10,343 nucleotides of DNA from Oligoflexales bacterium (GTDB lineage Bacteria; Bdellovibrionota_B; Oligoflexia; Oligoflexales; JBIKVD01): assembly GCA_044357055.1 (NCBI GenBank), contig JBIKVD010000138.1:1-10343 (forward strand), read 5' to 3'. The position numbers and the translations under genes were made by a program. Each line of letters begins with the position of its first letter. Position 1 is the stretch's first letter. Below the pieces are notes generated by a model. The model searched no databases and was not told where the DNA came from. It saw only the letters and a list, made by a program, of their open reading frames with translations. Below are positions 1 through 7,194 of the stretch, piece after piece.

Positions 1-103
1 TTTATATATAATTTCGCAAAGACTTTGGCTGCGTCGAAGCCGCAACATCGAATAGGCCTCGCGGGAACCTGCATGTTCATTGGGAGTGGGAGTGGATAAA
101 GTC

Positions 104-1807
104 ATGGAATCGCTGCAGTCGGGAATCATCAGTAAATCGCCTAACCCTGCGGTTATAGAGCATCAGCCCAGTTACCACCTCTGGCAAGCGCTGTCCGAAA
201 AAGTGCCCCAAAGTCTCACCGAGTTAAAAACCCTGCTCTTGCAGCTGAGGTCCTTCGAGCCCATAGACCAACTGCAATACGGCGACCATGGCTTGGGAGA
301 AGTGCTTGAGACCATTTTGCTGGCCCTTAAAAACAACAAGCGTATTGCGCTTTATGCCGATTACGATGTCGATGGCACCATGAGCTGTGTGAGCTGGATC
401 TGGTTCTTACAAAGCATCGGTTACAGCAATTTCGTGCACTACATCCCCTGTCGCTTCCAAGAGGGCTACGGAGTCAACCTTGCTGCCATTCAGCGCCTGA
501 TTCACGAAGAAAAAGCCGATGTGATCATTACCATGGACACCGGCATCACCGCCAATGACGAGGCTGCCTATTGCCGAGAAAACGGCGTGATTTTTATCTG
601 CACGGATCATCACAAAATCCAGCCCGATAAAATGCCCGACTGTATGATCTTGAACCCAAAAACCCACACGGACCCCAACTACCAGGAGCTGTGCGGTTGC
701 GGGGTAACCTTTGTGCTGCTGCGCAAACTTGGACAGGTCCTGGGTGTGCAAGGAGAAATCTGGCGCGACTTGCTGGCCCTCGCAGGGATGGCAACGATCT
801 GTGATGTGGTGACCTTGAATCCCGTCAATCATCGGCTGGCTCGCCTGGGCGTCCAAGCCCTGACCCAGTCTAAGCGTCCTGTGCTGCGCAAGTTGATCGC
901 CTCGAGTCAGGTCAACCAAGAGCAGGTGGACGAGCAAAGCATAGGTTTTCGCCTGGGACCGCGGATTAATGCCGTTGGTCGGCTGAATCACGCTAATGCT
1001 ATCGTCAAAGCCTTTGTGGAAGAAGATCCCGATGAGCTGATCGCTTTTATGGGCACTTGCAATGAAGAGCGGCGCCGCATTCAAGAGGGCATCGTGGAAA
1101 CCGCTTTGGCTATGGCTCGAGATCATCTTCATGAGCCGGTGTTGTTTCTCGGGCATCGGGACTGGCACGCGGGCGTGATCGGTATCGCCGCAAGCAAGCT
1201 GGCAGAACAGTTTTGGCGTCCAGTGTGGCTCTACCAGGAGACCGACGATGGGCTAGGGAAGGGTTCCGCCCGGTCTATACCTGGTTTTGATGTGACTGAG
1301 GCCATGCAAAGCGTGGGGGCTCGGTTTAAGAAATTCGGCGGACACCAAGCTGCAGGCGGGTTTAGTTTCGAATTGCATCGCGCGGCTGACATCAAACAAG
1401 GATTGTTGGATTATGCCTTGCAGATGCGAAGTCTCAGCCCAGATCTTTGGGTCAGCAGCATGGGTTACGATTGTGAGCTTTCCTTTGATCTCTTGCAACT
1501 GCCCTTGCTGGATATTCTCGATGATATGCGGCCCTTTGGGATGGGCTTCCGCGAACCGCGTTTTAGTGTCAGGGGCCGCTTAGAAGCCCTGCGCTATCTC
1601 AATGACCGGGAAACCGGACAGCCCAAACACAGCAAGTGGCGTCTGCGCGAAGGTACGAAAATGGTGGAACTGATTATGTTTCATAAGATCTTGCCTAAAG
1701 GCCTTGAGGGCCAAAATGTGGATTGTCTGGTCCAGGTCTCGCGTAATGTCTTTCGCGGCCAAGTCCAGGTTTCGGTGATGGCCCAGGATGTCCGGGTGAG
1801 GGAATAA
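104..1807 (+). CDS. recJ: Single-stranded-DNA-specific exonuclease RecJ (DHH/DHHA1 phosphoesterase). An in-frame TTG at 80 is an alternative start.
   Basis: The 575-aa ORF carries the RecJ motif series: IALYADYDVDGTMS, ITMDTGITA, FICTDHH, LGPRINAVGRL and the DHHA1 motif KFGGHQAAGG. The length matches E. coli RecJ. ATG 104 sits 8 nt downstream of a GGAGTGG Shine-Dalgarno-like run. TTG 80 has no obvious RBS. Confidence 0.88.
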   Translation: MESLQSGIISKSPNPAVIEHQPSYHLWQALSEKVPQSLTELKTLLLQLRSFEPIDQLQYGDHGLGEVLETILLALKNNKRIALYADYDVDGTMSCVSWIWFLQSIGYSNFVHYIPCRFQEGYGVNLAAIQRLIHEEKADVIITMDTGITANDEAAYCRENGVIFICTDHHKIQPDKMPDCMILNPKTHTDPNYQELCGCGVTFVLLRKLGQVLGVQGEIWRDLLALAGMATICDVVTLNPVNHRLARLGVQALTQSKRPVLRKLIASSQVNQEQVDEQSIGFRLGPRINAVGRLNHANAIVKAFVEEDPDELIAFMGTCNEERRRIQEGIVETALAMARDHLHEPVLFLGHRDWHAGVIGIAASKLAEQFWRPVWLYQETDDGLGKGSARSIPGFDVTEAMQSVGARFKKFGGHQAAGGFSFELHRAADIKQGLLDYALQMRSLSPDLWVSSMGYDCELSFDLLQLPLLDILDDMRPFGMGFREPRFSVRGRLEALRYLNDRETGQPKHSKWRLREGTKMVELIMFHKILPKGLEGQNVDCLVQVSRNVFRGQVQVSVMAQDVRVRE

Positions 1808-1881
1808 AGAATGCAATGAATGTTCGGCATTCCCAGGACCTCAGTGCTAAGATTTCCCTATGAGATTGGGAGGCACAGGTC

Positions 1882-3054
1882 TTGAAAAATCTTCTTTTGC
1901 TCGACGACGATCCAAAACAGCGACAAGAATTTCTCCAATTATGCAAATCGGCTCCTTTTCAGGTGCAGACCGCCGCCACCATGGATCAGGCGCGCGAGAT
2001 CATCCACCTGCAGCATATCCATGTCTTTGTTTGCGATTTGCATCTGGTTGCTGGGCAAGGCCCAGAAGTCGGGATTCAGTTCATCAAATATGTGACCACG
2101 AGTTACCCGGATATTAAGGTCCTGGCAATCTCATCGGATACGGACCTGGATACTTGGTTAAAGGCCAGAGAAGTAGGGGCTTTGTTCTACCTGCGCAAGC
2201 CGATCTACTCCCGGGACGAAATTCTCTTGGCGGTGCAGTTTGCGCAACAATTGTCAGAGTATAACCGCCAGGAACTCGCCGCTCAAGAGGCCGTCGACGG
2301 TTTGCTACTAGACGAGGGCTTTCGCCACCTGGCCCAAGGCTTAGCCAAAAATCGCAGCGTGGCCTGTGTGGTGTCGGGCGAGTCAGGGACGGGAAAAGAG
2401 GAGTTTGCGCGTTTAGTACACCATCATCGTCAGCGAGCAGAGGGACCCTTGCCCTTTGTGGCTCTGCATTGTGGGCAGGTCAAAGCGGATTTGCATCAGG
2501 CTTTGATGTTTGGGGTCAAACAAGGCGCTGGAACCGCCCAGGAGCGAAGCAGTGATGGGCTGGTGGCAGAAGCGAACGAGGGAATTTTGTTTTTGGACGA
2601 AATCCAGCTCTTGCCTTCAAGTTGCCAACAGGAATTGTTTCAAGTGCTTGACTCCGGTTCCTATAGGCGGGTGGGGGACACTGTCGTGATGCAGACGGAT
2701 TTTCAGGTGATAGCCACCACTACCATGCCATTAGCTACGGCTGTGAAGAATGGAACTTTTCTGCAAGCCCTTAAAGTGCGCCTTCGAGGAGTCGAATTGG
2801 AGCTGCCTCCGTTTCGGGCCCGCAGCGCCCAGTGGCCCGAGTTCTTGCGGATGGCCTGCCAAGATCATCAAGTCCTGTTGGGGCTGGGCGAAGCAGACGA
2901 GATCCTGGCATCCATGGCTAGTTATGATTGGCCTGGCAATATTCGGGAATTTCTCAAATTGGTGCCGGCGGTTAAGTTGTTGGCCGGGGTTTGGCGCCAG
3001 GGATTTGCCGCCTCTTTTGCTCGCGTGCTGAGTCAGCAGCAAGCTTCATCCTAG
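1882..3054 (+). CDS. Orphan response regulator: CheY-like receiver fused to an NtrC-type AAA+ domain. The GAFTGA motif is degenerate and there is no C-terminal HTH.
   Basis: Receiver residues are present: DDD at the N-terminus, the phospho-acceptor Asp in VFVCDLHL, and the conserved Lys in LRKP. AAA+ motifs are present: Walker A GESGTGKE, Walker B ILFLDEI, the arginine-finger region YRRVGDT, and the WPGNIREF signature. The position equivalent to GAFTGA reads GAGTAQ. The protein ends about 30 aa after WPGNIREF with no Fis-type HTH. The start is TTG, with GGGAGG 9 nt upstream. Confidence 0.8.
   Translation: MKNLLLLDDDPKQRQEFLQLCKSAPFQVQTAATMDQAREIIHLQHIHVFVCDLHLVAGQGPEVGIQFIKYVTTSYPDIKVLAISSDTDLDTWLKAREVGALFYLRKPIYSRDEILLAVQFAQQLSEYNRQELAAQEAVDGLLLDEGFRHLAQGLAKNRSVACVVSGESGTGKEEFARLVHHHRQRAEGPLPFVALHCGQVKADLHQALMFGVKQGAGTAQERSSDGLVAEANEGILFLDEIQLLPSSCQQELFQVLDSGSYRRVGDTVVMQTDFQVIATTTMPLATAVKNGTFLQALKVRLRGVELELPPFRARSAQWPEFLRMACQDHQVLLGLGEADEILASMASYDWPGNIREFLKLVPAVKLLAGVWRQGFAASFARVLSQQQASS
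3027..3051. repeat. Left copy of a 25-bp imperfect direct repeat (21/25) bracketing the AT-rich patch.
   Basis: GCTGAGTCAGCAGCAAGCTTCATCC at 3027-3051 matches GTTGAGCCAGCAACAAGCTTAATCC at 4421-4445. The core CAGCAGCAAGCTTCATCC versus CAGCAACAAGCTTAATCC is 16/18. The left copy overlaps the last codons and stop of the regulator gene. Confidence 0.4.
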
Positions 3055-3078
3055 CTGTAGGACAATCAATGATTAATG

Positions 3079-3120
3079 CTGGAAACATGCCGGTGAATCC
3101 TATATTTCCAGTAAATTTTG
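3079..3120 (+). terminator. Weak candidate intrinsic terminator downstream of the regulator gene.
   Basis: Stem CTGGAAA (3079-3085) pairs with TTTCCAG (3105-3111). The loop is 19 nt. The stem is followed by TAAATTTTG. It is AT-rich and has a large loop, so it is marginal. Confidence 0.2.
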
Positions 3121-3135
3121 GGGTTCTCAGTCGAT

Positions 3136-3173
3136 GGAAACAAAGACTGCTGTTGAGCGAGAGACGACAGCAG
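3136..3173 (-). terminator. Candidate rho-independent terminator for the minus-strand lipoprotein gene.
   Basis: On the minus strand, CUGCUGU pairs with ACAGCAG (plus coordinates 3147-3153 and 3167-3173). The 7-bp stem is followed by UCUUUGUUUCC. It lies about 47 nt past the stop codon of the 3220-3432 gene. Confidence 0.35.
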
Positions 3174-3219
3174 CTGCTTATAGTGGAATGATGTTATTTT
3201 CGCAAAAACGGTGAGTTAA

Positions 3220-3432
3220 TTAATAGGGGCAGTGTAAAATTTCACATCGTTCAAGGCATCCTTCAACCTGTGGTTTTCCGTAGCACCTTTTTTTGCAAAG
3301 TTTTTCTGCATATAGATTGCACTCAAAAACTGCACTGACTGTTGATTGCTGGTTCGTGGTCTGTTTATTGCTATCTCCACAGCTAACGAGTAAAAACAAC
3401 AAAAGAGTCAAATACTTGAAAGGGTTTTGCAT
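3220..3432 (-). CDS. Small cysteine-rich lipoprotein of 70 aa, unknown function.
   Basis: The internal Met of the 90-aa ORF is preceded by GGAGG with a 6-nt spacer (minus-strand sequence ggaggcttactATG). The N-terminus MQNPFKYLTLLLFLLVSCGDSN is a signal peptide with a classic lipobox LVSC. The mature part of about 50 aa contains 6 further cysteines. The gene lies in an AT-rich patch. Confidence 0.6.
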   Translation of the reverse strand: MQNPFKYLTLLLFLLVSCGDSNKQTTNQQSTVSAVFECNLYAEKLCKKRCYGKPQVEGCLERCEILHCPY

Positions 3433-3825
3433 AGTAAGCCTCCGGTTCGAATGATTGTTTACACGGACCCAATTCAAGGAGGCTTTTAACACATAGCGTC
3501 ATAAAAGCGCACCTCTTTCTGAAAATAGCAATTGTTACGATTTGTTATGCAAATACACTTATACAATTAGAGAACTGGCCGTCCATGGGACCTGGCAGGA
3601 ACTTTCTCTTTTTACAAAGGCAAGCTTAGCCTCGATTCAGGTAACACCCGACCACGAACGGGCGCAGCTAACAGCTCCGATTCGAGCGCAATGCGGGAAT
3701 CGGCCCAAGTGTTTCGAGGCCTGAGGCCAAAATCTCAGCAAGTTAGGAATTAGTAGTGACGCGGTTTGAGCTGATTCTATTTGGCCTACTGAGGTAGCGG
3801 GTGAACTTGAGAAGTGCCATTGAAT

Positions 3826-4221
3826 TCAGCACCTGAATATGTAGATTCTTTTTGTAGATGATTTGCCAAGTTGAAATAGTAACCCTACAGTGCTTTCTCC
3901 GCAATCACCACTATAGATAGAATATCCCTTTGAAAGTGGTATGGATACACGAATCACCTGAGGCTTTAGATAGTGCTTTAGCGCATAACCAGTTAGACAA
4001 TTCGGTTCAATGCTAGTTGTTACAGAGAACCCGTTTCCCATAATTTCTACCTGAAACTCTGCACAACCAAACACTATATCGGGATTTGCTGAATCAATTT
4101 CATTTGCAACTTTGTTTGCCTGTCGAACAATGTCGTATTGGGTTCCCGCGTTCAGCTGCGGTGCAAAAAGTGTCAGCAAGCAGAACAATTTCGCGAATTT
4201 CATGGCTTTTAGATTTCTCAT
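3826..4221 (-). CDS. Secreted hypothetical protein of 131 aa with an N-terminal signal peptide.
   Basis: The ORF is preceded by AAGGGG plus a 6-nt spacer. The N-terminus (M)KFAKLFCLLTLFAPQLNA-GTQ looks like a signal-peptidase-I cleaved leader. There are 4 Cys in the mature part. I recognise no family. It lies in the same AT-rich patch, in tandem with the lipoprotein gene. Confidence 0.5.
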   Translation of the reverse strand: MRNLKAMKFAKLFCLLTLFAPQLNAGTQYDIVRQANKVANEIDSANPDIVFGCAEFQVEIMGNGFSVTTSIEPNCLTGYALKHYLKPQVIRVSIPLSKGYSIYSGDCGESTVGLLFQLGKSSTKRIYIFRC

Positions 4222-4420
4222 TTTTTACCCCTTATTGAAATTACCTAGATCCGTGGCCCATACTTGACTGATGATCCCCAGAAAAGTGGACAAGTAATGA
4301 TTTATGTTGCTTTTGCGGTCCTGTACTCCCCAAATTGCGTTTGGGGCTGTTCCTGTTCGACGATTGTTGATCACACCTGAGCTCAGTATTTAAAATAGGT
4401 TTCTGTGTCGATCTCGGGGT

Positions 4421-4445
4421 GTTGAGCCAGCAACAAGCTTAATCC
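4421..4445. repeat. Right copy of the 25-bp imperfect direct repeat.
   Basis: See the left copy. The right copy lies about 16 bp upstream of the (CCTG)5 tract and at the boundary where GC content rises again. Confidence 0.4.
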
Positions 4446-4460
4446 CCTATTCCCCGCGCT

Positions 4461-4480
4461 CCTGCCTGCCTGCCTGCCTG
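4461..4480. repeat. Tetranucleotide simple sequence repeat (CCTG)5, followed by a partial sixth unit CCTt.
   Basis: The sequence reads cctgcctgcctgcctgcctg, immediately followed by cctTGACGg. This makes a TTGACG -35-like hexamer at 4483-4488. The tract sits in the divergent intergenic region about 170 bp upstream of the beta-propeller lipoprotein start. Confidence 0.9.
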
Positions 4481-4646
4481 CCTTGACGGAAACCCGCTTG
4501 TATCAAAGATTCCAGGAGCCTACAGGTTGCAGAGAATACAGCCGTATACGCTAATCGCTTCCCAAGCATTGGCAGAAAGCTCCAATCGTCCGATCATAGG
4601 GTGGAGCTTTGCTCTTGCTTTGGCTTTAGCTTTGGGAGGACGGGAG

Positions 4647-6830
4647 ATGATGAAGGTACGACTAGGGCTGGTTTTTCTTGGTACTTTTCTAGGGGTCTGT
4701 GGCTGTTCTTTGTTTGACAATAAAAGCGACCAAAGTGCCAACATCAACATGTCTGATCTCTTTAAAGGTGCGGTTCGCGTTCCTGAGGCGCCCATGGCTT
4801 TAAGTGGCAGCTTGATCCCTTCCGCATCTTGCGAAGACGCAACGAGCTATGTTCAGGAGCTGCTCATAGACCAGATGCGCATAAGCTACCAAAGTCAGTT
4901 AGATAACTTCGATAACCGTAATCAGCAAGATTACGCCTCTCCTACTGCAGATTCCAGCGGCGCGGGCGAAGTAGCCGCCGATATGGGCAGCAACAAATCG
5001 GCAGCCGGGCCCGAGGATTTCACGACCACCAATAACCAAGTGGTCGGTGTTGAAGAAGCCGATTTTGTCAAAAACACGGGTCAATACATCTATGCTCTGC
5101 GCGGGAATCAACTCCATATCACCAAGAGTTGGCCGGTGGCGAGTATGGAGAGCCTATCCATTACGACCTTAGAAGATCGCCCCGTCGATATGCTCCTTGA
5201 CGAACAGAATCGCTTAATCATTGCCACCCGACCCAAGATACTTGCTAATAGTGAGGTCCAGAACCAAACCTATGATGGTCGCGAAGCTGGGTATAGTTTT
5301 GATTATAATTCGGTGCGCCTCTTGGTGGTTGACGTTTCAGATCCTGCAGCACCGGTCATAAGCAAAAGCGTCCTTTTTCATGGTGAGTACCACGCCCTTC
5401 GGCGCGTGGATAACTCGGTCCGCCTCGTGTTAAACTCCTACCTCAGCTATCCGATCGGAGTGGATCTTTATTCTTACGAACCGGATCAATATAAGCTCAC
5501 GAAGCAACAGTTTGCCGATCGTTTGCAACAAAAATTCGCAGCCAACGTCGAGATTATCCGTGCCCAAAGCATCCAAGACTTTGTCAGCTATAATCGTACT
5601 TATTATGGCAATTACGTTTTGGCTGACGAAGAAGGGAAAGTCGAAACCGTGGCGGAAAACTGCTCCAATGTTTTTCTACCTTCCGCATCGGCACAATTGG
5701 GATTAACGAGTGTGGCGACCTTGGAACTCACCGAGGGCACCGTGAGCCAACTCCTGCTGCTTGCAAGAGCCGACACGGTCTATGCCAGCACCAAGTCCCT
5801 GTATTTGACTAGTTCTTACTGGTGGTGGTGGAGTCAAGGTCCGGAGAATACCGATGCCAACTATAGTTTTATCCACAAATTTGACCTGCAGGAGCCGGAT
5901 CAAGTGTCCTACCTAGGATCTGGACGCATACCTGGGGCGATTAAGGACCAGTTCTCTCTGGACGAATTCGAGGACCATCTGCGAGTCGCGGTCACAGTGA
6001 CCAAATATCAGGAACAGGAGAATAATCAGACGATCAGTTGGACGCAGAACGATACCTACAATCAGGTGTTGGTGCTTGCCGAAAGTGAACAACAATTGAA
6101 AATCGTCGGACAAACCCCTGAGCTTGCCAAGGGTGAGCAAATCTACAGCAGCCGCTTCGCCGGTGCGCGCGGCTTTGTGGTGACCTTTCGTCAGGTCGAC
6201 CCCTTGTTTGCGATTGATCTTTCCAATCCTGCTGAACCAAAAGTCTTAGGCGAGCTGAAAATCCCCGGTTTTTCAAACTACATGCAGTTTCTAGATGACA
6301 ATCACCTCTTGACCATTGGTATGGACGCTGACGTCGTGAGCGGCAGAACCACAGGACAAAAGCTGTCGATCTTTGATATCAGCGATATGAGCAGCCCTAA
6401 GGAAAAACACACCTATATCCTTAAATCCGATGGCTGGCTTTTCAGCGAGGCGCAAAATGAACACAAAGCCTTTACTTATTTTGCCGCGCGGGGCGTGCTG
6501 GGGATCCCCGTTTCTGGCTATAGAGACACCCAAACCGATATGTGGTGGCAGCGTTATGTTAGCTCTTTGATGGTCTTCAATATCGATGTGGACACAGGTA
6601 TTAGTGCACGAGGCGAAATCCCCATGCATGACCTGTTCAAGGATTCGCAGCAAGAGGACTCCTGGTGGTATGGCTATACCGAAGTCCGTCGGAGTATCTT
6701 TGCCGATGACTATGTTTACGCCATTAGCAATGCGGGGATTCGTGCGGTGCATCTCGATGATCTGGAAACTCCACTTGCCACAGTGGCCTTTCCTTGCGAT
6801 CAAATGTGCCTGGGCGGTGGCTGGTACTAA
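4647..6830 (+). CDS. Large exported protein, possibly a lipoprotein, with a beta-propeller domain (resembles the uncharacterised PF09826-type secreted beta-propeller family).
   Basis: ATGATG at 4647 is preceded by GGAGGACGGGAG. The N-terminus MMKVRLGLVFLGTFLGVCGCS is a signal peptide with Cys near the cleavage site. It is followed by a long beta-rich region with propeller-like repeats and a WWWW motif (SSYWWWWSQGPEN). The in-frame TTG at 4527 given in the ORF track lacks an RBS, and the signal peptide begins at 4647. Confidence 0.7.
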   Translation: MMKVRLGLVFLGTFLGVCGCSLFDNKSDQSANINMSDLFKGAVRVPEAPMALSGSLIPSASCEDATSYVQELLIDQMRISYQSQLDNFDNRNQQDYASPTADSSGAGEVAADMGSNKSAAGPEDFTTTNNQVVGVEEADFVKNTGQYIYALRGNQLHITKSWPVASMESLSITTLEDRPVDMLLDEQNRLIIATRPKILANSEVQNQTYDGREAGYSFDYNSVRLLVVDVSDPAAPVISKSVLFHGEYHALRRVDNSVRLVLNSYLSYPIGVDLYSYEPDQYKLTKQQFADRLQQKFAANVEIIRAQSIQDFVSYNRTYYGNYVLADEEGKVETVAENCSNVFLPSASAQLGLTSVATLELTEGTVSQLLLLARADTVYASTKSLYLTSSYWWWWSQGPENTDANYSFIHKFDLQEPDQVSYLGSGRIPGAIKDQFSLDEFEDHLRVAVTVTKYQEQENNQTISWTQNDTYNQVLVLAESEQQLKIVGQTPELAKGEQIYSSRFAGARGFVVTFRQVDPLFAIDLSNPAEPKVLGELKIPGFSNYMQFLDDNHLLTIGMDADVVSGRTTGQKLSIFDISDMSSPKEKHTYILKSDGWLFSEAQNEHKAFTYFAARGVLGIPVSGYRDTQTDMWWQRYVSSLMVFNIDVDTGISARGEIPMHDLFKDSQQEDSWWYGYTEVRRSIFADDYVYAISNAGIRAVHLDDLETPLATVAFPCDQMCLGGGWY

Positions 6831-6880
6831 GCTGAATGGCTGCCGCGGTTCCATTTGCCTGTCTAGCACCTTTTTAGGTA

Positions 6881-6915
6881 TTGAAATCTAGCAATTGTCT
6901 ATATAAGATATAGAC
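6881..6915 (+). promoter_or_regulatory. Putative sigma70-type promoter with a palindromic operator for brnTA. The mRNA is predicted to be leaderless.
   Basis: TTGAAA (6881-6886), then a 17-nt spacer, then TAAGAT (6904-9). A perfect inverted repeat GTCTATAT-aag-ATATAGAC (6897-6915) overlaps the -10 element and abuts the brnT ATG at 6916. There is no Shine-Dalgarno sequence upstream of brnT. Confidence 0.45.
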
Positions 6916-7194
6916 ATGCTGAAGTTCGAGTGGGACGAAAACAACAATAGGATCAACCGTCGCAAACACGGGATTTGGTTTGAGGAAGCACAAAGTTGCT
7001 TTGATGATCCAAATGGTCGTTTGTTCTTGGACCCAGAAACTGCAGAAGAACGGTTTCTCTTAATTGCCTTCAGCTCTGCAACTCGTCTTTTGATTGTGGT
7101 CCATTGTTACAAAGATTCCCCATCTCTCGTGCGCATCATTTCGGCGCGAAAAACAACCAAGCATGAACGGAAGCAATATGAAGAAAGAGTATGA
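6916..7194 (+). CDS. brnT: Type II toxin BrnT (DUF497/COG2929 ribonuclease toxin).
   Basis: The 92-aa protein MLKFEWDENNNRINRRKHGIWFEEAQSCFDDPNG...FLLIAFSS...RIISARKTTKHERKQYEE matches the BrnT/DUF497 pattern (FEWD...KHGVSFEEA...FDDP...RIISARKA). The toxin is encoded upstream of the antitoxin and overlaps it, as in brnTA. Confidence 0.85.
   Translation: MLKFEWDENNNRINRRKHGIWFEEAQSCFDDPNGRLFLDPETAEERFLLIAFSSATRLLIVVHCYKDSPSLVRIISARKTTKHERKQYEERV

Noticed and set aside
407-1168. A 253-aa minus-strand ORF, and a 66-aa ORF at 594-794, inside recJ.
   Set aside because: They are antisense to a confidently identified recJ reading frame. They have no RBS and low-complexity, Arg/Pro-rich translations typical of GC-rich antisense frames.
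1808-1881. A GAATG ttcgg CATTC hairpin after the recJ stop, and a TGcTAAGAT extended -10-like element before the regulator gene.
   Set aside because: The hairpin is short with no U-tract. The promoter guess lacks a convincing -35 element. Both are too weak to report as features.
1860-2117. An 85-aa ORF overlapping the start of the response-regulator gene.
   Set aside because: It is out of frame with a clearly conserved receiver domain and has an Arg/Ser/Pro-rich sequence. It is a shadow ORF.
3444-3452. GGTTCGAAT, a tRNA T-loop-like motif that could suggest a tRNA or att site near the islet.
   Set aside because: The flanking bases cannot form a T-stem or acceptor stem. The motif is simply part of the sequence just upstream of the Shine-Dalgarno region of the minus-strand lipoprotein gene.
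3542-3724. A 60-aa plus-strand ORF in the intergenic region between the two small secreted-protein genes.
   Set aside because: It has no RBS and no recognisable features. The opposite strand is the transcribed one for both flanking genes. I also saw no convincing sRNA structure there, only short 4-6 bp hairpins (GGCC tga GGCC, CTGAG...CTCAG, ATTCAG cac CTGAAT).
4527-4646. A TTG start at 4527 for the beta-propeller gene, as listed in the ORF track, and likewise a TTG start at 80 for recJ.
   Set aside because: No RBS precedes either TTG. Strong Shine-Dalgarno plus ATG combinations lie downstream at 4647 (where the signal peptide begins) and at 104.
6291-6869. A 192-aa minus-strand ORF, plus several 60-100 aa ORFs, overlapping the beta-propeller gene.
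   Set aside because: They lie entirely antisense to or within a 727-aa coding sequence that has a signal peptide and domain coherence. They show no start-site signals.
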